From assembly GCA_002269645.1 (NCBI GenBank), contig NIVC01000445.1:534518-598517 (forward strand): 64,000 nt of DNA, given 5' to 3'. The DNA comes from Macrostomum lignano (Eukaryota). The notes below the pieces were generated by a model. That model saw only the letters and a program-made list of their open reading frames with translations, searched no databases and was not told the DNA's origin. The position numbers and the translations under genes were made by a program. Position 1 is the stretch's first letter; every line of letters begins with the position of its first letter. Shown here piece after piece: positions 21,146 to 34,123 of this stretch.

Positions 21146-24100
21146 CTAGCCGTGACTTTTGTACAGGCTGACAAAATTTCTCGCCACGTAGCCCTCCTCG
21201 GCCGTCTCGCCGTTGGCGGCATCGGCGTCGCCGTCTCGCCGGCACCACCACCAGGCGGTCTCGGCGCCGTCTCCTTTGCGCACGACGGTCAGCTGATCGC
21301 CGCGAGCCAGCGCCAGCTCGTCCGCCTGCTCGGGCGAGTAGTCGAACGCGGCGAACACTCGGCCGGAATTGTCGACGCCAAGGCGGTCCTCCTCGGCGCG
21401 GAGCCACGCTTCGACTGGGCCGCCATTGTGGCACAGGTCGAACGGAGTCTCCGAGTCGGAGTGGGTGGTGCAGTAGAGCACCGCGCCGGAGCCCACTAGG
21501 AGCTTGGTGAGCGGCAGCGAGTCGCAGGTGACGGCGCAGTGCAACGGCGTCCAGCCGTCCTGATCTGCCGCGTTGACGTCGGTGCCGCTGTCGATGAGGT
21601 ACTGGACAATACGGGCGTGCCCGGCGCAGACGGCGTTGTGCAGGGCGCTGATGCCTTCGCTGTTGGCCGCCGAGGGGTCGCCGAGCTGGCCGGTGTAGCG
21701 CTGGACCTGGGCCAGGTCGCCTGTGATGGGCGGGTGAGCGGGGAGTCAAGTCTTTGGGCTGGGATGGGTATTCTGGATTTGGGATGGGGATTGATGGATT
21801 TGGGATGGGATGGGGATCGATAGATTTGGGATGGGGATTTCTGGTTTTGGGATGGGAATTCTGGATTTGGGATGGGGATTTCTGGTTTTGGGATGGAAAT
21901 TCTGGATTTGGGATGGGGATTTCTGGAATCAGAATGGGGATTCTGGATTTGTGATGGGGATTTCTGGTTTTGGGATGGAAATTCTGGATTTGGGATGGGG
22001 ATTTCTGGAATCAGAATGGGGATTCTGGATTTGTGATGGGGATTTCTGGAATTAGGATGGGGATTTCTGGTTTTTGGATGGGAATTCTGGATTTGGGATG
22101 GGGATTTCTGGTTTTGGGATGGAAATTCTGGATTTGGGATGGGGATCGATGGATTTGGGATGGGGATCGATGGATTTGGGATGGGGATTTCTGGATTTGG
22201 GATGGATATTGGGGATTCATTCTAAATCTGGACTTTCTAAGCTCTAGCCCAGATTTTTTAATCCATCAAATCAAATGACAGCATTAAGATTGCGCTTGTA
22301 GGTCAGACTCATACATTTATCCACTTTTAAATCCAGGCAATATCCAGGAAACCAGCCAACTGCAATCAATCAGCACGAAAAGCCGTGGCTGGCACCATTT
22401 TCGATTCTCCCCAACTACCGGTTGCACAGCAGGGGTTGCACACTGCGACAAATCCCAAGGGAGATCCATTTTGGGCTTGTAGATATTTACTGGCTGGCCG
22501 GCTGGCCTTCAAATCCCAAACTTCAATATGGGATAAGGGGAAATGGCGACATTCGATAAATATTCCAACCTCTCCCATAACTTTGTATTCCCCATCATAA
22601 TTTCCCAGCTGCCGGTCCCGATCCCCGTTACACATTTTATAAACATTTCTGGACAAAACTTTGGCATCGGGAGAGAGAGCGGGGAAAGTGCAAATGTCAC
22701 GGCCGGTGCACTTTAAGCTGCGGGATCTCTAAGCAACAGGAACCATGCCAACAAGTCTCCAGCCTACCCAACAAGTCTCCAACCTACCCAACAAATCCCC
22801 AACCTACCCAACGAATCTCCAACCTACCCAACGAATCCCCAACCTACCCAACGAATCCCCAACCTACCCAACGAATCCCCAGCCTACCCAACGAATCCCC
22901 AGCCTACTCAACGAATCCCTAACCTACCCAACAAATCCCTAACCTACCCAACGAATCCCTAACCTACACAACGAATCCCCAACCTACCCAACGAATCTCC
23001 AGCCTACCGAACGAATCCCCAACCTACCCAACGAATCCACCCAACCTACCCAACGAATCCACCCAACCTACCCAACGAATCCACCCAACCTACCCAACGA
23101 ATCCACCCAACCTACCCAACGAATCCACCCAACCTACCCAACGAATCCACCCAACCTACCCAACGAATCCACCCAACCTACCCAACGAATCCACCCAACC
23201 TACCCAACGAATCCACCCAACCCACTCAGCATTATTCGCCGTCCCTCACCTTGAATGGCGGCATCCAGCAGGAGGGTCAGCGGGTCGAAGGTGACCGAGC
23301 GCTGCTGCCCGGACCCGTCCACCTGATCCCCGTCGCCATCGGAGCCGGATTTTCCTGCATTGTTCCCGGCGTCGTTATTGCTGCTTTTATTTTTCTTCTT
23401 CTTCTTGCCGTTGCTAAGAATCCCAGACACAACCGTGGGCGGCGGAGCTCCGCTAGATTTCCCCTTAGCAACCGGCGCCGCCTCATCGTAGTCGGAGAGG
23501 CTGAGATCGTCCTCGTCGTCCAGCTTGGCGATCGGCGCCATCCAGCCGCCAGTCGGGGCGCCGGGCGGATCGTCTGGACGACGGCGACGTTCGCCGGGCG
23601 GCGGCGGCGGCTCCTCGGTCAGGCAGGCCGGGTCCTCCTCCCCGGATGAGTCGGTCTCGGATCCCGGCGGCTGCTCCGGTGCTTTGGACTCTGAATGCGA
23701 CTTTTCAGCAGCCGCAGCCGCTGCCGCCTCGGCCTCAGCCTTGGCTTCGGCAGCTTCGACCTCGTCGGCGGGATCTTGGACGACTAGGGAGTCGCGCTGA
23801 TTTGGCGCCGCTGTCGCCTCGCGTCGGATCATTTCGTCAAGACGGTCGCGCGACAGGAGAAGCTCGGTGGAAGACGCCGATGAGGCGGAAGTGACGGCGG
23901 CAGAGGCAGCGGCAGAGGCAGCGGCAGCGGCGACAGGCACAGGCGGAACGTGACGGCGATGCGACGGCGGCGGCGAGGGAGGAGCCTGCGGCAGCGGTCG
24001 ACGACGCTGCAACGACGGCGCCGGCGGCGGTTGCTGCTGCTGTTGAGCAGCTGGTTGTGGCGCCGGTGGCAGCGGCGGCAGTGGTCGAGAGTTCTGACGC

Positions 24101-26819
24101 TGGTGCGGCTGCTGCTGCTGAGGAGGCTGAGACGCTGAGTTAGCGGAGGTAATGGCGGCCGCTTGTCTAAAATTAGCAGAAGAGGGGAGAAATGCGGGGA
24201 GAAATGCCGCTTGAAATGGCATCCTAGGTGAGACAGTGGAAGACACCAAGACAGAAACTTTACAGACTAGAAGCGTCACAAACCAGAACCGACACAAATC
24301 AGAAGCCTCACAAACTAGAAGCGTCACAGACCAGAAGCGTCACCAACCAGAAGCGTCACCAACCAGAAGCGTCACAGACCAGAAGCGTCATCAACCAGAA
24401 GCGTCACCAATCAGAAGCGTCACCAACAAGAAGCGTCATCAACCAAAAGCGTCACAGACCAGAAGCGTCACCAACCAGAAGCGTCACCAACCAGAAGCGT
24501 CACCAACAAGAAGCGTCATCAACCAAAAGCGTCACAGACCAGAAGCGTCACCAACCAGAAGCGTCACAGACCAGAAGCGTCACAGACCAGAAGCGTCACC
24601 AACCAGAAGCGTCACCAACCAGAAGCGTCACAGACCAGAAGCGTCACAGACCAGAAGCGTCACCAACAAGGAGCGTCACAGACCAGAAGCGTCACAGACC
24701 AGAAGCGTCACCAACCAGAAGCGTCACAGACCAGAAGCGTCACAGACCAGAAGCGTCACAGACCAGAAGCGTCACAGACCAGAAGCGTCACAGACCAGGA
24801 GCGTCATCAACCAGAAGCGTCACAGACCAGAAGCGTCACCAACCAGAAGCGTCACCAACCAGAAGCGTCACAGACCAGAAGCGTCACAGACCAGAAGCGT
24901 CACAGACCAGAAGCGTCACCAACAATGAGCGTCACCAACCAGAAGCGTCACAGACCAGAAGCGTCACAGACCAGAAGCGTCACAGACCAGAAGCGTCACA
25001 GACCAGAAGCGTCACCAACAAGGAGCGTCACAGACCAGAAGCGTCACAGACCAGAAGCGTCACAGACCAGAAGCGTCACCAACCAGAAGCGTCACAGACC
25101 AGAAGCGTCACAGACCAGAAGCGTCACAGACCAGAAGCGTCACAGACCAGAAGCGTCACCAACAAGGAGCGTCACAGACCAGAAGCGTCACAGACCAGAA
25201 GCGTCACAGACCAGAAGCGTCACCAACCAGAAGCGTCACAGACCAGAAGCGTCACAGACCAGAAGCGTCACAGACCAGAAGCGTCACAGACCAGAAGCGT
25301 CACAGACCAGAAGCGTCACAGACCAGAAGCGTCACAGACCAGAAGCGTCACAGACCAGAAGCGTCACCAACCAGAAGCGTCACAGACCAGAAGCGTCACA
25401 GACCAGAAGCGTCACCAACAAGGAGCGTCACAGACCAGAAGCGTCACAGACCAGAAGCGTCACAGACCAGAAGCGTCACCAACAAGGAGCGTCACAGACC
25501 AGAAGCGTCACAGACCAGAAGCGTCACAGACCAGAAGCGTCACAGACCAGAAGCGTCACAGACCAGAAGCGTCACAGACCAGAAGCGTCACCAACAAGGA
25601 GCGTCACAGACCAGAAGCGTCACAGACCAGAAGCGTCACAAACCAGAAGCGTCACCAACAAGGAGCGTCACAGACCAGAAGCGTCACAGACCAGAAGCGT
25701 CACAGACCAGAAGCGTCACCAACAAGGAGCGTCACAGACCAGAAGCGTCACAGACCAGAAGCGTCACAGACCAGAAGCGTCACAGACCAGAAGCGTCACA
25801 GACCAGAAGCGTCACAGACCAGAAGCGTCACCAACAAGGAGCGTCACAGACCAGAAGCGTCACAGACCAGAAGCGTCACAAACCAGAAGCGTCACCAACA
25901 AGGAGCGTCACAGACCAGAAGCGTCACAGACCAGAAGCGTCACAAACCAGAAGCGTCACCAACAAGGAGCGTCACAGACCAGAAGCGTCACAGACCAGAA
26001 GCGTCACAGACCAGAAGCGTCACAAACCAGAAGCGACAGAAACTTGAAGCGTCACCAACCAGAAGCGTCACCAACAAGGAGCGTCACAGACCAGAAGCGT
26101 CACAGACCAGAAGCGTCACAGACCAGAAGCGTCACAAACCAGAAGCGACAGAAACTTGAAGCGTCACCAACCAGAAGCGTCACCAACAAGGAGCGTCACA
26201 GACCAGAAGCGTCACAGACCAGAAGCGTCACAGACCAGAAGCGTCACAAACCAGAAGCGACAGAAACTTGAAGCGTCACCAACCAGAAGCGTCACCAACA
26301 AGGAGCGTCACAGACCAGAAGCGTCACAGACCAGAAGCGTCACAGACCAGAAGCGTCACAAACCAGAAGCGACAGAAACTTGAAGCGTCACCAACCAGAA
26401 GCGCCTCACCTGTGCATAGCATCCAATTTGGCAGCCAGAGCCGCCATCTCCTCCTGCCGGGCCTGGCACTCGGCCCTGGCAGCCGCCAGCTCGCGGCCCA
26501 GCTGGGCGTTGGCGTGCCGATAGTGCGCCAGCTGCTGCCGGATGCTCCGCTGACGACGCAGCCGTTCGGCTTGGGCGTCCACGCTGGCAGCCAACTGTTG
26601 AAGATGCCGACGGCGCTGTCGAGGATCTCCGCCGGAGCCGCCGCCGGAGCTGCTGACAGCGGCAGCGGCGGCGGCCGCCGCCCAGCCGGCCAGCTCGGTC
26701 ATCTGGGCCTCGCGTTGGCGCAGCGTGCGCAGCTGCTCGTCGATGTGCGCCTGCTGGCGGGCGGCGATGTCGCGCAGTTCGGCGATGCTCAGCTGCTGCT
26801 GCTGCGGCTCGTCGCTCAT
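21146..26819 (-). CDS. ASPP: ASPP-family protein (coiled coil, Pro-rich linker, ankyrin repeats, SH3): complement(join(21146..21720,23250..24223,26410..26819)), about 652 aa
   Basis: RSVTFDPLTLLLDAAIQG|DLAQV...EGISALHNAVCAGH...DVNAADQDGWTPLHCA...VFAAFDYSPEQADEL...WWW...EGYVARNFVSLY matches the ASPP C-terminus. N-terminal LSIAELRDIAARQQAHIDEQ resembles the ASPP helical region. Splice sites GTGAGG 26409/cctag 24224 (phase 2) and GTGAGG 23249/cacag 21721 (phase 1) are consistent. Confidence 0.9.
21775..22205. repeat. About 21-bp minisatellite (gggatggggatttctggattt)n near the acceptor of the ASPP last intron
   Basis: 21-bp periodicity, degenerate. Confidence 0.88.
22760..23222. repeat. 21/22-bp minisatellite (aacctacccaacgaatcc[c/cac]c)n near the donor of the ASPP last intron
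   Basis: 21-bp units switch to 22-bp units at about 23035. Confidence 0.93.
24262..26403. repeat. 16-bp minisatellite (gaagcgtcacagacca / gaagcgtcaccaacca)n filling an ASPP intron
   Basis: About 130 copies, running up to the donor at 26409. Confidence 0.97.
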
Positions 26820-26969
26820 CGCGCTGAATTCTTGTTGCTGCCTGTTGATTTGTATTTTAGTTTGAGTGTTGCTTATGATCGCTGCTGGCTGTGAGCGCCA
26901 CCGCTACAGCAGCTGCAGGCGTTCGGCCTGGCGTCTGACGGCTGCTGAAATGCGGTGCGATTTGTTGAC

Positions 26970-26981
26970 TAATTGATTGAC

Positions 26982-27021
<40 letters not shown>

Positions 27022-27151
27022 GATTGATTGATTGATTGATAATTGGTTGATTGGTGATTGATTGATTGATTGGTGATTGATTGATTGGTTGGTGATTGAT
27101 TGATTGATTGGTTGGTGATTGATTGATTGATTGATTGATTGATCGATTAAC

Positions 27152-27203
<52 letters not shown>

Positions 27204-27277
27204 CGATTAACTGATTGGTTGATTGATTGACTGATTGATGGATTGACTGATTGATTGATTGATTGATTGATTGATTA

Positions 27278-27339
<62 letters not shown>

Positions 27340-27450
27340 AATTGGTTGATTGGTGATTGATTGACTGATTGAATTGATTGATTGATTGGTGATTGATTGA
27401 TTGATTGGTGATTGATTGATTGGTTGGTGATTGATTGATTAACTGATTGG

Positions 27451-27491
<41 letters not shown>

Positions 27492-27608
27492 AATTGGTTG
27501 ATTGGTGATTGATTGATTGATTGGTGATTGATTGATTGGTTGGTGATTGATTGATTGATTGGTTGGTGATTGATTGATTGATTGATTGATTGATCGATTA
27601 ACTGATTG

Positions 27609-27654
<46 letters not shown>

Positions 27655-27698
27655 CGATTAACTGATTGGTTGATTGATTGACTGATTGATGGATTGAC

Positions 27699-27778
<80 letters not shown>

Positions 27779-27945
27779 AATTGGTTGATTGGTGATTGAT
27801 TGATTGATTGATTTATTGATTGATTGGTTGATTGATTGACTGATTGAATTGATTGATTGATTGGTGATTGATTGATTGATTGGTGATTGATTGATTGGTT
27901 GGTGATTGATTGATTGGTTGGTCGATTGTTTGACTAATTAACTAC
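26970..27945. repeat. (GATT)n microsatellite
   Basis: Tetranucleotide array with duplicated variant blocks about 450 bp apart. Confidence 0.97.
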
Positions 27946-28404
27946 TTGATCAGTTGATAGATTGATTCGCTGACTGACTGATTCGTTTATTCTTAATTTT
28001 ACAATTGAATAATAAACAAATATTCACAGGACTGCGGGCACCCCGCACGGAAGTGACGTGTCAGTTAGAGCTGCTCAAACCTTTGCTTCCAAAGTTGACA
28101 GGGTAAGTCTCAGATTTCTGAACCCTGCCAGACAGAATCAGCAGAGAGAAAGCTGTTGGTGACTAACTAAAACATGAGTACTCTACCTCTCACCCAATCC
28201 CACCCTCAGTGCTGATGCAATTATATAAGCAGCCGCATAGTCTTAGTGTGTTGCTACCCCAACCAGCCAAGTAGTTCATTAGCTGACAAGACACACACAC
28301 AGGCCGACTGCTAATTGCTAGGGAGGCAGGAGCAAGCAAGAACTTTTTCAAGAGTTGGGGCGTCAAGTTTTTAGAAAAAACAACAAGTCTGACAGGTCAT
28401 TGCC

Positions 28405-29390
28405 AATGCCAAGGTCATTCCTGCAAGCTCTCTTAGCCAAGGTCACTCCTGCAAGCTCTCTTAGCCAAGGTCATTCCTACAAGCTCTCTTAGCCAAGGTC
28501 ATTCCTGCAAGCTCTCTCAGCCAAGGTCATTCCTACAAGCTCTCTCAGCCAAGGCCATTCCTACAAGCTCTCTCAGCCAAGGTCATTCCTGCAAGCTCTC
28601 TTAGCCAAGGTCACTCCTGCAAGCTCTCTCAGCCAAGGTCATTCCTGCAAGCTCTCTTAGCCAAGGTCACTCCTGCAAGCTCTCTCAGCCAAGGTCATTC
28701 CTGCAAGCTCTCTTAGCCAAGGTCACTCCTGCAAGCTCTCTTAGCCAAGGTCATTCCAACAAGCTCTCTTAGCCAAGGTCATTCCTGCAAGCTCTCTCAG
28801 CCAAGGTCATTCCTACAAGCTCTCTCAGCCAAGGTCATTCCTACAAGTTGTCTTAGCCAAGGTCATTCCTACAAGCTCTCTCAGCCAAGGTCATTCCTAC
28901 AAGTTGTCTTAGCCAAGGTCATTCCTGCATACTCTCTTAGCCAAGGTCATTCCTACAAGTTGTCTTAGCCAAGGTCATTCCTACAAGTTGTCTTAGCCAA
29001 GGTCATTCCTACAAGTTGTCTTAGCCAAGGTCATTCCTACAAGTTGTCTTAGTCAAGGTCATTCCTACAAGCTCTCTCAGCCAAGGTCATTCCTACAAGC
29101 TCTCTTAGCCAAGGTCATTCCTACAAGTTGTCTTAGCCAAGGTCATTCCTACAAGCTCTCTCAGCCAAGGTCATTCCTGCAAGCTGTCTTAGCCAAGGTC
29201 ATTCCTACAAGTTGTCTTAGCCAAGGTCATTTCTACAAGCTCTCTCAGCCAAGGCCATTCCTACAAGCTCTCTCAGCCAAGGTCATTCCTGCAAGCTCTC
29301 TTAGCCAAGGTCATTCCTGCAGGCTCTCTTAGCCAATGTCATTCCTACAAGTTGTCTTAGCCAAGGTCATTCCTACAAGCCGTCTTAGTC
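28405..29390. repeat. 28-bp minisatellite (gccaaggtcattcctacaagctctctta)n
   Basis: About 35 copies. Confidence 0.96.
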
Positions 29391-30249
29391 AATATCACTT
29401 CCTGCAAATCACAACTTGAAATAAAAATCATGCAATGAGCTATAAACGAGATATTAAGAGCAATGGAGTGCAACTTACACACAAGAATACGGGGTGATGT
29501 ACCTGCTGTTTTGAAACTGTATCGGCAGGCTCTCTCCTACAACCCAGGAAACTTGTAGTAAGTAACCGCTGCAGGTCACTATAAGTCTCTCCTTGGTGAC
29601 GGTATAAAAATACGGTTTATTCCTTCTCACTTATTCCCGTAGTCGCAGATTACACGCTTGGGCAAGTAGAGCTAGTTCTAACATACATTATATATCTGCA
29701 TAGTCATGCGGCATTAGCCAAGTGGGCGGACCTATATTGGGCCAACCACACAGCATCGCGAGCACTCATTCCCCATACGCCCGCCACTTCTGCAAGCCTT
29801 GCAGTGCAGTGCAGTGTGTTTGATTCGCCGAAAGCCTCCCCAACAACCACCACCACCACCACCACAAAAAAAGCATAAACAACTGCCTTGCTTTGGCTCC
29901 GCGCGCTTTTACCATTTACAAACTGACTTTACACGCGCAAGACGAAGGACTGCGTGCGTGCTATAGGCTTATATAAGAGCAAAGCGCAAGTGCAACTATC
30001 GCTATAAAGACTTAATAGATTAGAGAAACACACTATACTGTCTGAAGTCTGATGGAAAGCGGGGGTGTGTTGGAAGAGAGGGGGCGATAGAGAGAGAGAG
30101 AGATCGCTGAAGTTAAATGGTTCATATCTGATGCATTTTGTGGAAAACTTGTTTTAATTAAGAAATTATATGAGCCAAAGGGGTTCTGTAACAGTCAAGA
30201 TAAATATTTAATTGATTATAATATGAAAATGATACATGGGTCGGAGAGA

Positions 30250-31232
30250 GTAGATAGACGGTGAGAGATGGAAGGGATAGACAGTGAGAGATGAAGGGAT
30301 AGACAGTGAGAGATGGAAGGAATAGACAGTGAGAGATGGAAGGGATAGACAGTGAGAGATGGAAGGAATAGACAGTGAGAGATGGAAGGGATAGACAGTG
30401 AGAGATGGAAGGGATAGACAGTGAGAGATGGAAGGAATACAGTGAGAGATGGAAGGGATAGACAGTGAGAGATGGAAGGGATAGACAGTGAGAGATGGAA
30501 GGGATAGACAGTGAGAGATGGAAGGGATAGACAGTGAGAGATGGAAGGGATAGACAGTGAGAGATGGAAGGAATAGACAGTGAGAGATGGAAGGGATAGA
30601 CAGTGAGAGATGGAAGGGATAGACAGTGAGAGATGGAAGGGATAGACAGTGAGAGATGGAAGGGATAGACAGTGAGAGATGGAAGGGATAGACAGTGAGA
30701 GATGGAAGGGATAGACAGTGAGAGATGGAAGGGATAGACAGTGAGAGATGGAAGGGATAGACAGTGAGAGATGGAAGGGATAGACAGTGAGAGATGGAAG
30801 GGAGAGACAGTGAGAGATGGAAGGGAGAGACAGTGAGAGATGGAAGGGAGAGACAGTGAGAGATGGAAGGGATAGACAGTGAGAGATCGAAGGGATAGAC
30901 AGTGAGAGATGGAAGGGAGAGACAGTGAGACATGGATGGGATATACAGTGAGAGATGGAAGGAAGAGACAGTGAGAGATGGAAGGGAGAGACAGTGAGAG
31001 ATGGAAGGGAGAGACAGTGAGAGATGGAAGGGATAGACAGTGAGAGCTGGAAGGGAGAGACAGTGAGAGATGGGAGAGACAGTGAGAGATGGAAGGGATA
31101 GACAGTGAGAGATGGAAGGGAGAGACAGTGAGAGATGGAAGGGAGAGACAGTGAGAGATGGAAAGGAGAGACAGTGAGAGATGGAAGGGAGAGACAGTGA
31201 GAGATGGGAGAGACAGTGAGAGATGGAAGGGA
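30250..31232. repeat. 23-bp minisatellite (gacagtgagagatggaagggata)n
   Basis: About 42 copies. Confidence 0.96.
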
Positions 31233-31799
31233 GGCCAGATACAGATAAGTAAATTCGAACAATGAGTCAAAGGATTAGCAAAAGTACATAAAACATAAAA
31301 TACAAGAGAGCGGTGCAGATTGTCCGCTGCAGCGAATTTCGCGTTGAGAACAGAAATGAGAGCAGAGCATGTCTCACATTTCCGTAAAAGCTACAAAATT
31401 GCCACAAAAAGCAAATTAACCAATGCAGGTAAAAGACGGTCCCCTTACAGCACAATTGCGCAGCTTTTATCGGCAATAAAATTCATTAAAATTGGCTACC
31501 TGTGTACACGAAGGCTGAAGAAAAATAAGCTATAACTACTTCAGTAGATACTTTTTGCTGAGAAAATTAGCGATTAATTATATGCCTTCATTTTGGTTCG
31601 CGTTAAAAATTAATAGTCGTTAGATCAAGTGCATTAGTACGAGAATTATAATCTCTACACTAAATATTTAGGTTTTTAGGAACTAAAAGTTATATACTTG
31701 AAATTGATGAAGTTGACTATAACTTACGTCAATAATAATGATTATTATACAATAAAATTAAATACTGAACAAAAACCAAAGTAAAAATTAGGGTGGGTC

Positions 31800-34123
31800 T
31801 TTTGAAGTTTAGGTTTTATAAAGTTTAGGTCTTTGTTTAGGTAATTATGAAGTTTAGGTCTTGTGAAGTTTAGGTCTTGTGAAGTTTAGGTCTTGTGAAG
31901 TTTAGGTCTTGTGAAGTTTAGGTCTTGTGAAGTTTAGGTCTCGTGAAGTTTAGGTCTTGTGAAGTTTAGGTCTCGTGAAGTTTAGGTCTTGTGAAGTTTA
32001 GGTCCTGTGAAGTTTAGGTCTTGTGAAGTTTAGGTCTTGTGAAGTTTAGGTCTTGTGAAGTGTAGGTATTGTGAAGTTTAGGTCTTTGTTTAGGTAATTA
32101 TGAAGTTTTAGGTCTTGTGAAGTTTAGGTCTTGTGAAGTTTAGGTCTTGTGAAGTTTAGGTCTTGTGAAGTGTAGGTCCTGTGAAGTTTAGGTCTTGTGA
32201 AGTTTAGGTATTGTGAAGTTTAGGTCAGGTGAAGTTTAGGTCATGTGAAGTTTAGGTCTTGTGAAGTTTAGGTCTTGTGAAGTTTAGGTCATGTGAAGTT
32301 TAGGTCTTGTGAAGTTTAGGTCTTGTGAAGTTTAGGTCATGTGAAGTTTAGGTCATGTGAAGTTTAGGTCATGTGAAGTTTAGGTCCTGTGAAGTTGAGG
32401 TCTTGTGAAGTTTAGGTCTTGTGAAGTTTAGGTCTTGTGAAGTGTAGGTCCTGTGAAGTTTAGGTCTTGTGAAGTTTAGGTATTGTGAAGTTTAGGTCTT
32501 TGTTTAGGTAATTATGAAGTTTAGGTCTTGTGAAGTTTAGGTCTTGTGAAGTTTAGGTCTTGTGAAGTTTAGGTCTTGTGAAGTTTAGGTCTTGTGAAGT
32601 GTAGGTCCTGTGAAGTTTAGGTCTTGTGAAGTTTAGGTCTTGTGAAGTTTAGGTCAGGTGAAGTCTAGGTCTTGTGAAGTTTAGGTCATGTGAAGTTTAG
32701 GTCATGTGAAGTTTAGGTCTTGTGAAGTTTAGGTCTTGTGAAGTTTAGGTCCTGTGAAGTTTAGGTCTTGTGAAGTTTAGGTCTTGTGAAGTTTAGGTCT
32801 TGTGAAGTGTAGGTATTGTGAAGTTTAGGTCTTTGTTTAGGTAATTATGAAGTTTTAGGTCTTGTGAAGTTTAGGTCTTGTGAAGTTTAGGTCTTGTGAA
32901 GTTTAGGTCTTGTGAAGTGTAGGTCCTGTGAAGTTTAGGTCTTGTGAAGTTTAGGTATTGTGAAGTTTAGGTCAGGTGAAGTTTAGGTCATGTGAAGTTT
33001 AGGTCTTGTGAAGTTTAGGTCTTGTGAAGTTTAGGTCATGTGAAGTTTAGGTCTTGTGAAGTTTAGGTCTTGTGAAGTTTAGGTCATGTGAAGTTTAGGT
33101 CATGTGAAGTTTAGGTCATGTGAAGTTTAGGTCCTGTGAAGTTTAGGTCTTGTGAAGTTTAGGTCTTGTGAAGTTTAGGTCTTGTGAAGTGTAGGTCCTG
33201 TGAAGTTTAGGTCTTGTGAAGTTTAGGTATTGTGAAGTTTAGGTCTTTGTTTAGGTAATTATGAAGTTTAGGTCTTGTGAAGTTTAGGTCTTGTGAAGTT
33301 TAGGTCTTGTGAAGTGTAGGTCCTGTGAAGTTTAGGTCTTGTGAAGTTTAGGTATTGTGAAGTTTAGGTCAGGTGAAGTCTAGGTCTTGTGAAGTTTAGG
33401 TCATGTGAAGTTTAGGTCATGTGAAGTTTAGGTCTTGTGAAGTTTAGGTCTTGTGAAGTTTAGGTCTTGTGAAGTTTAGGTCTTGTGAAGTTTAGGTCTT
33501 GTGAAGTTTAGGTCTTGTGAAGTGTAGGTCCTGTGAAGTTTAGGTCTTGTGAAGTTTAGGTATTGTGAAGTTTAGGTCAGGTGAAGTCTAGGTCTTGTGA
33601 AGTTTAGGTCATGTGAAGTTTAGGTCATGTGAAGTTTAGGTCTTGTGAAGTTTAGGTCATGTGAAGTTTAGGTCATGTGAAGTTTAGGTCATGTGAAGTT
33701 TAGGTCTTGTGAAGTTTAGGTCTTGTGAAGTTTAGGTCTTGTGAAGTTTAGGTCATGTGAAGTTTAGGTCATGTGAAGTTTAGGTCATGTGAAGTTTAGG
33801 TCTTGTGAAGTTTAGGTCTTGTGAAGTTTAGGTATTGTGAAGTTTAGGTCAGGTGAAGTCTAGGTCTTGTGAAGTTTAGGTCATGTGAAGTTTAGGTCAT
33901 GTGAAGTTTAGGTCATGTGGAGTTTAGGTCATGTGAAGTTTAGGTCTTGTGAAGTTTAGGTCTTGTGAAGTTTAGGTCATGTGAAGTTTAGGTCATGTGA
34001 AGTTTAGGTCATGTGAAGTTTAGGTCATGTGAAGTTTAGGTCTTGTGAAGTTTAGGTCTTGTGAAGTTTAGGTCTTGTGAAGTTGAGGTCTTGTGAAGTT
34101 GAGGTCTTGTGAAGTTGAGGTCT
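31800..34123. repeat. 16-bp minisatellite (gtgaagtttaggtctt)n
   Basis: About 145 copies with a 747-bp higher-order duplication. Confidence 0.97.

Noticed and set aside
22381-22703. Possible small MITE (gccgtg...cacggc) in the ASPP last intron
   Set aside because: The inverted match is only about 6 bp exact and there is no TSD.
24228-26383. Long + strand ORFs (643, 448 aa) of QKRHRPEASQTRSVTD repeats
   Set aside because: Translation of a stop-free 16-bp satellite inside an ASPP intron, antisense to the gene; open in several frames.
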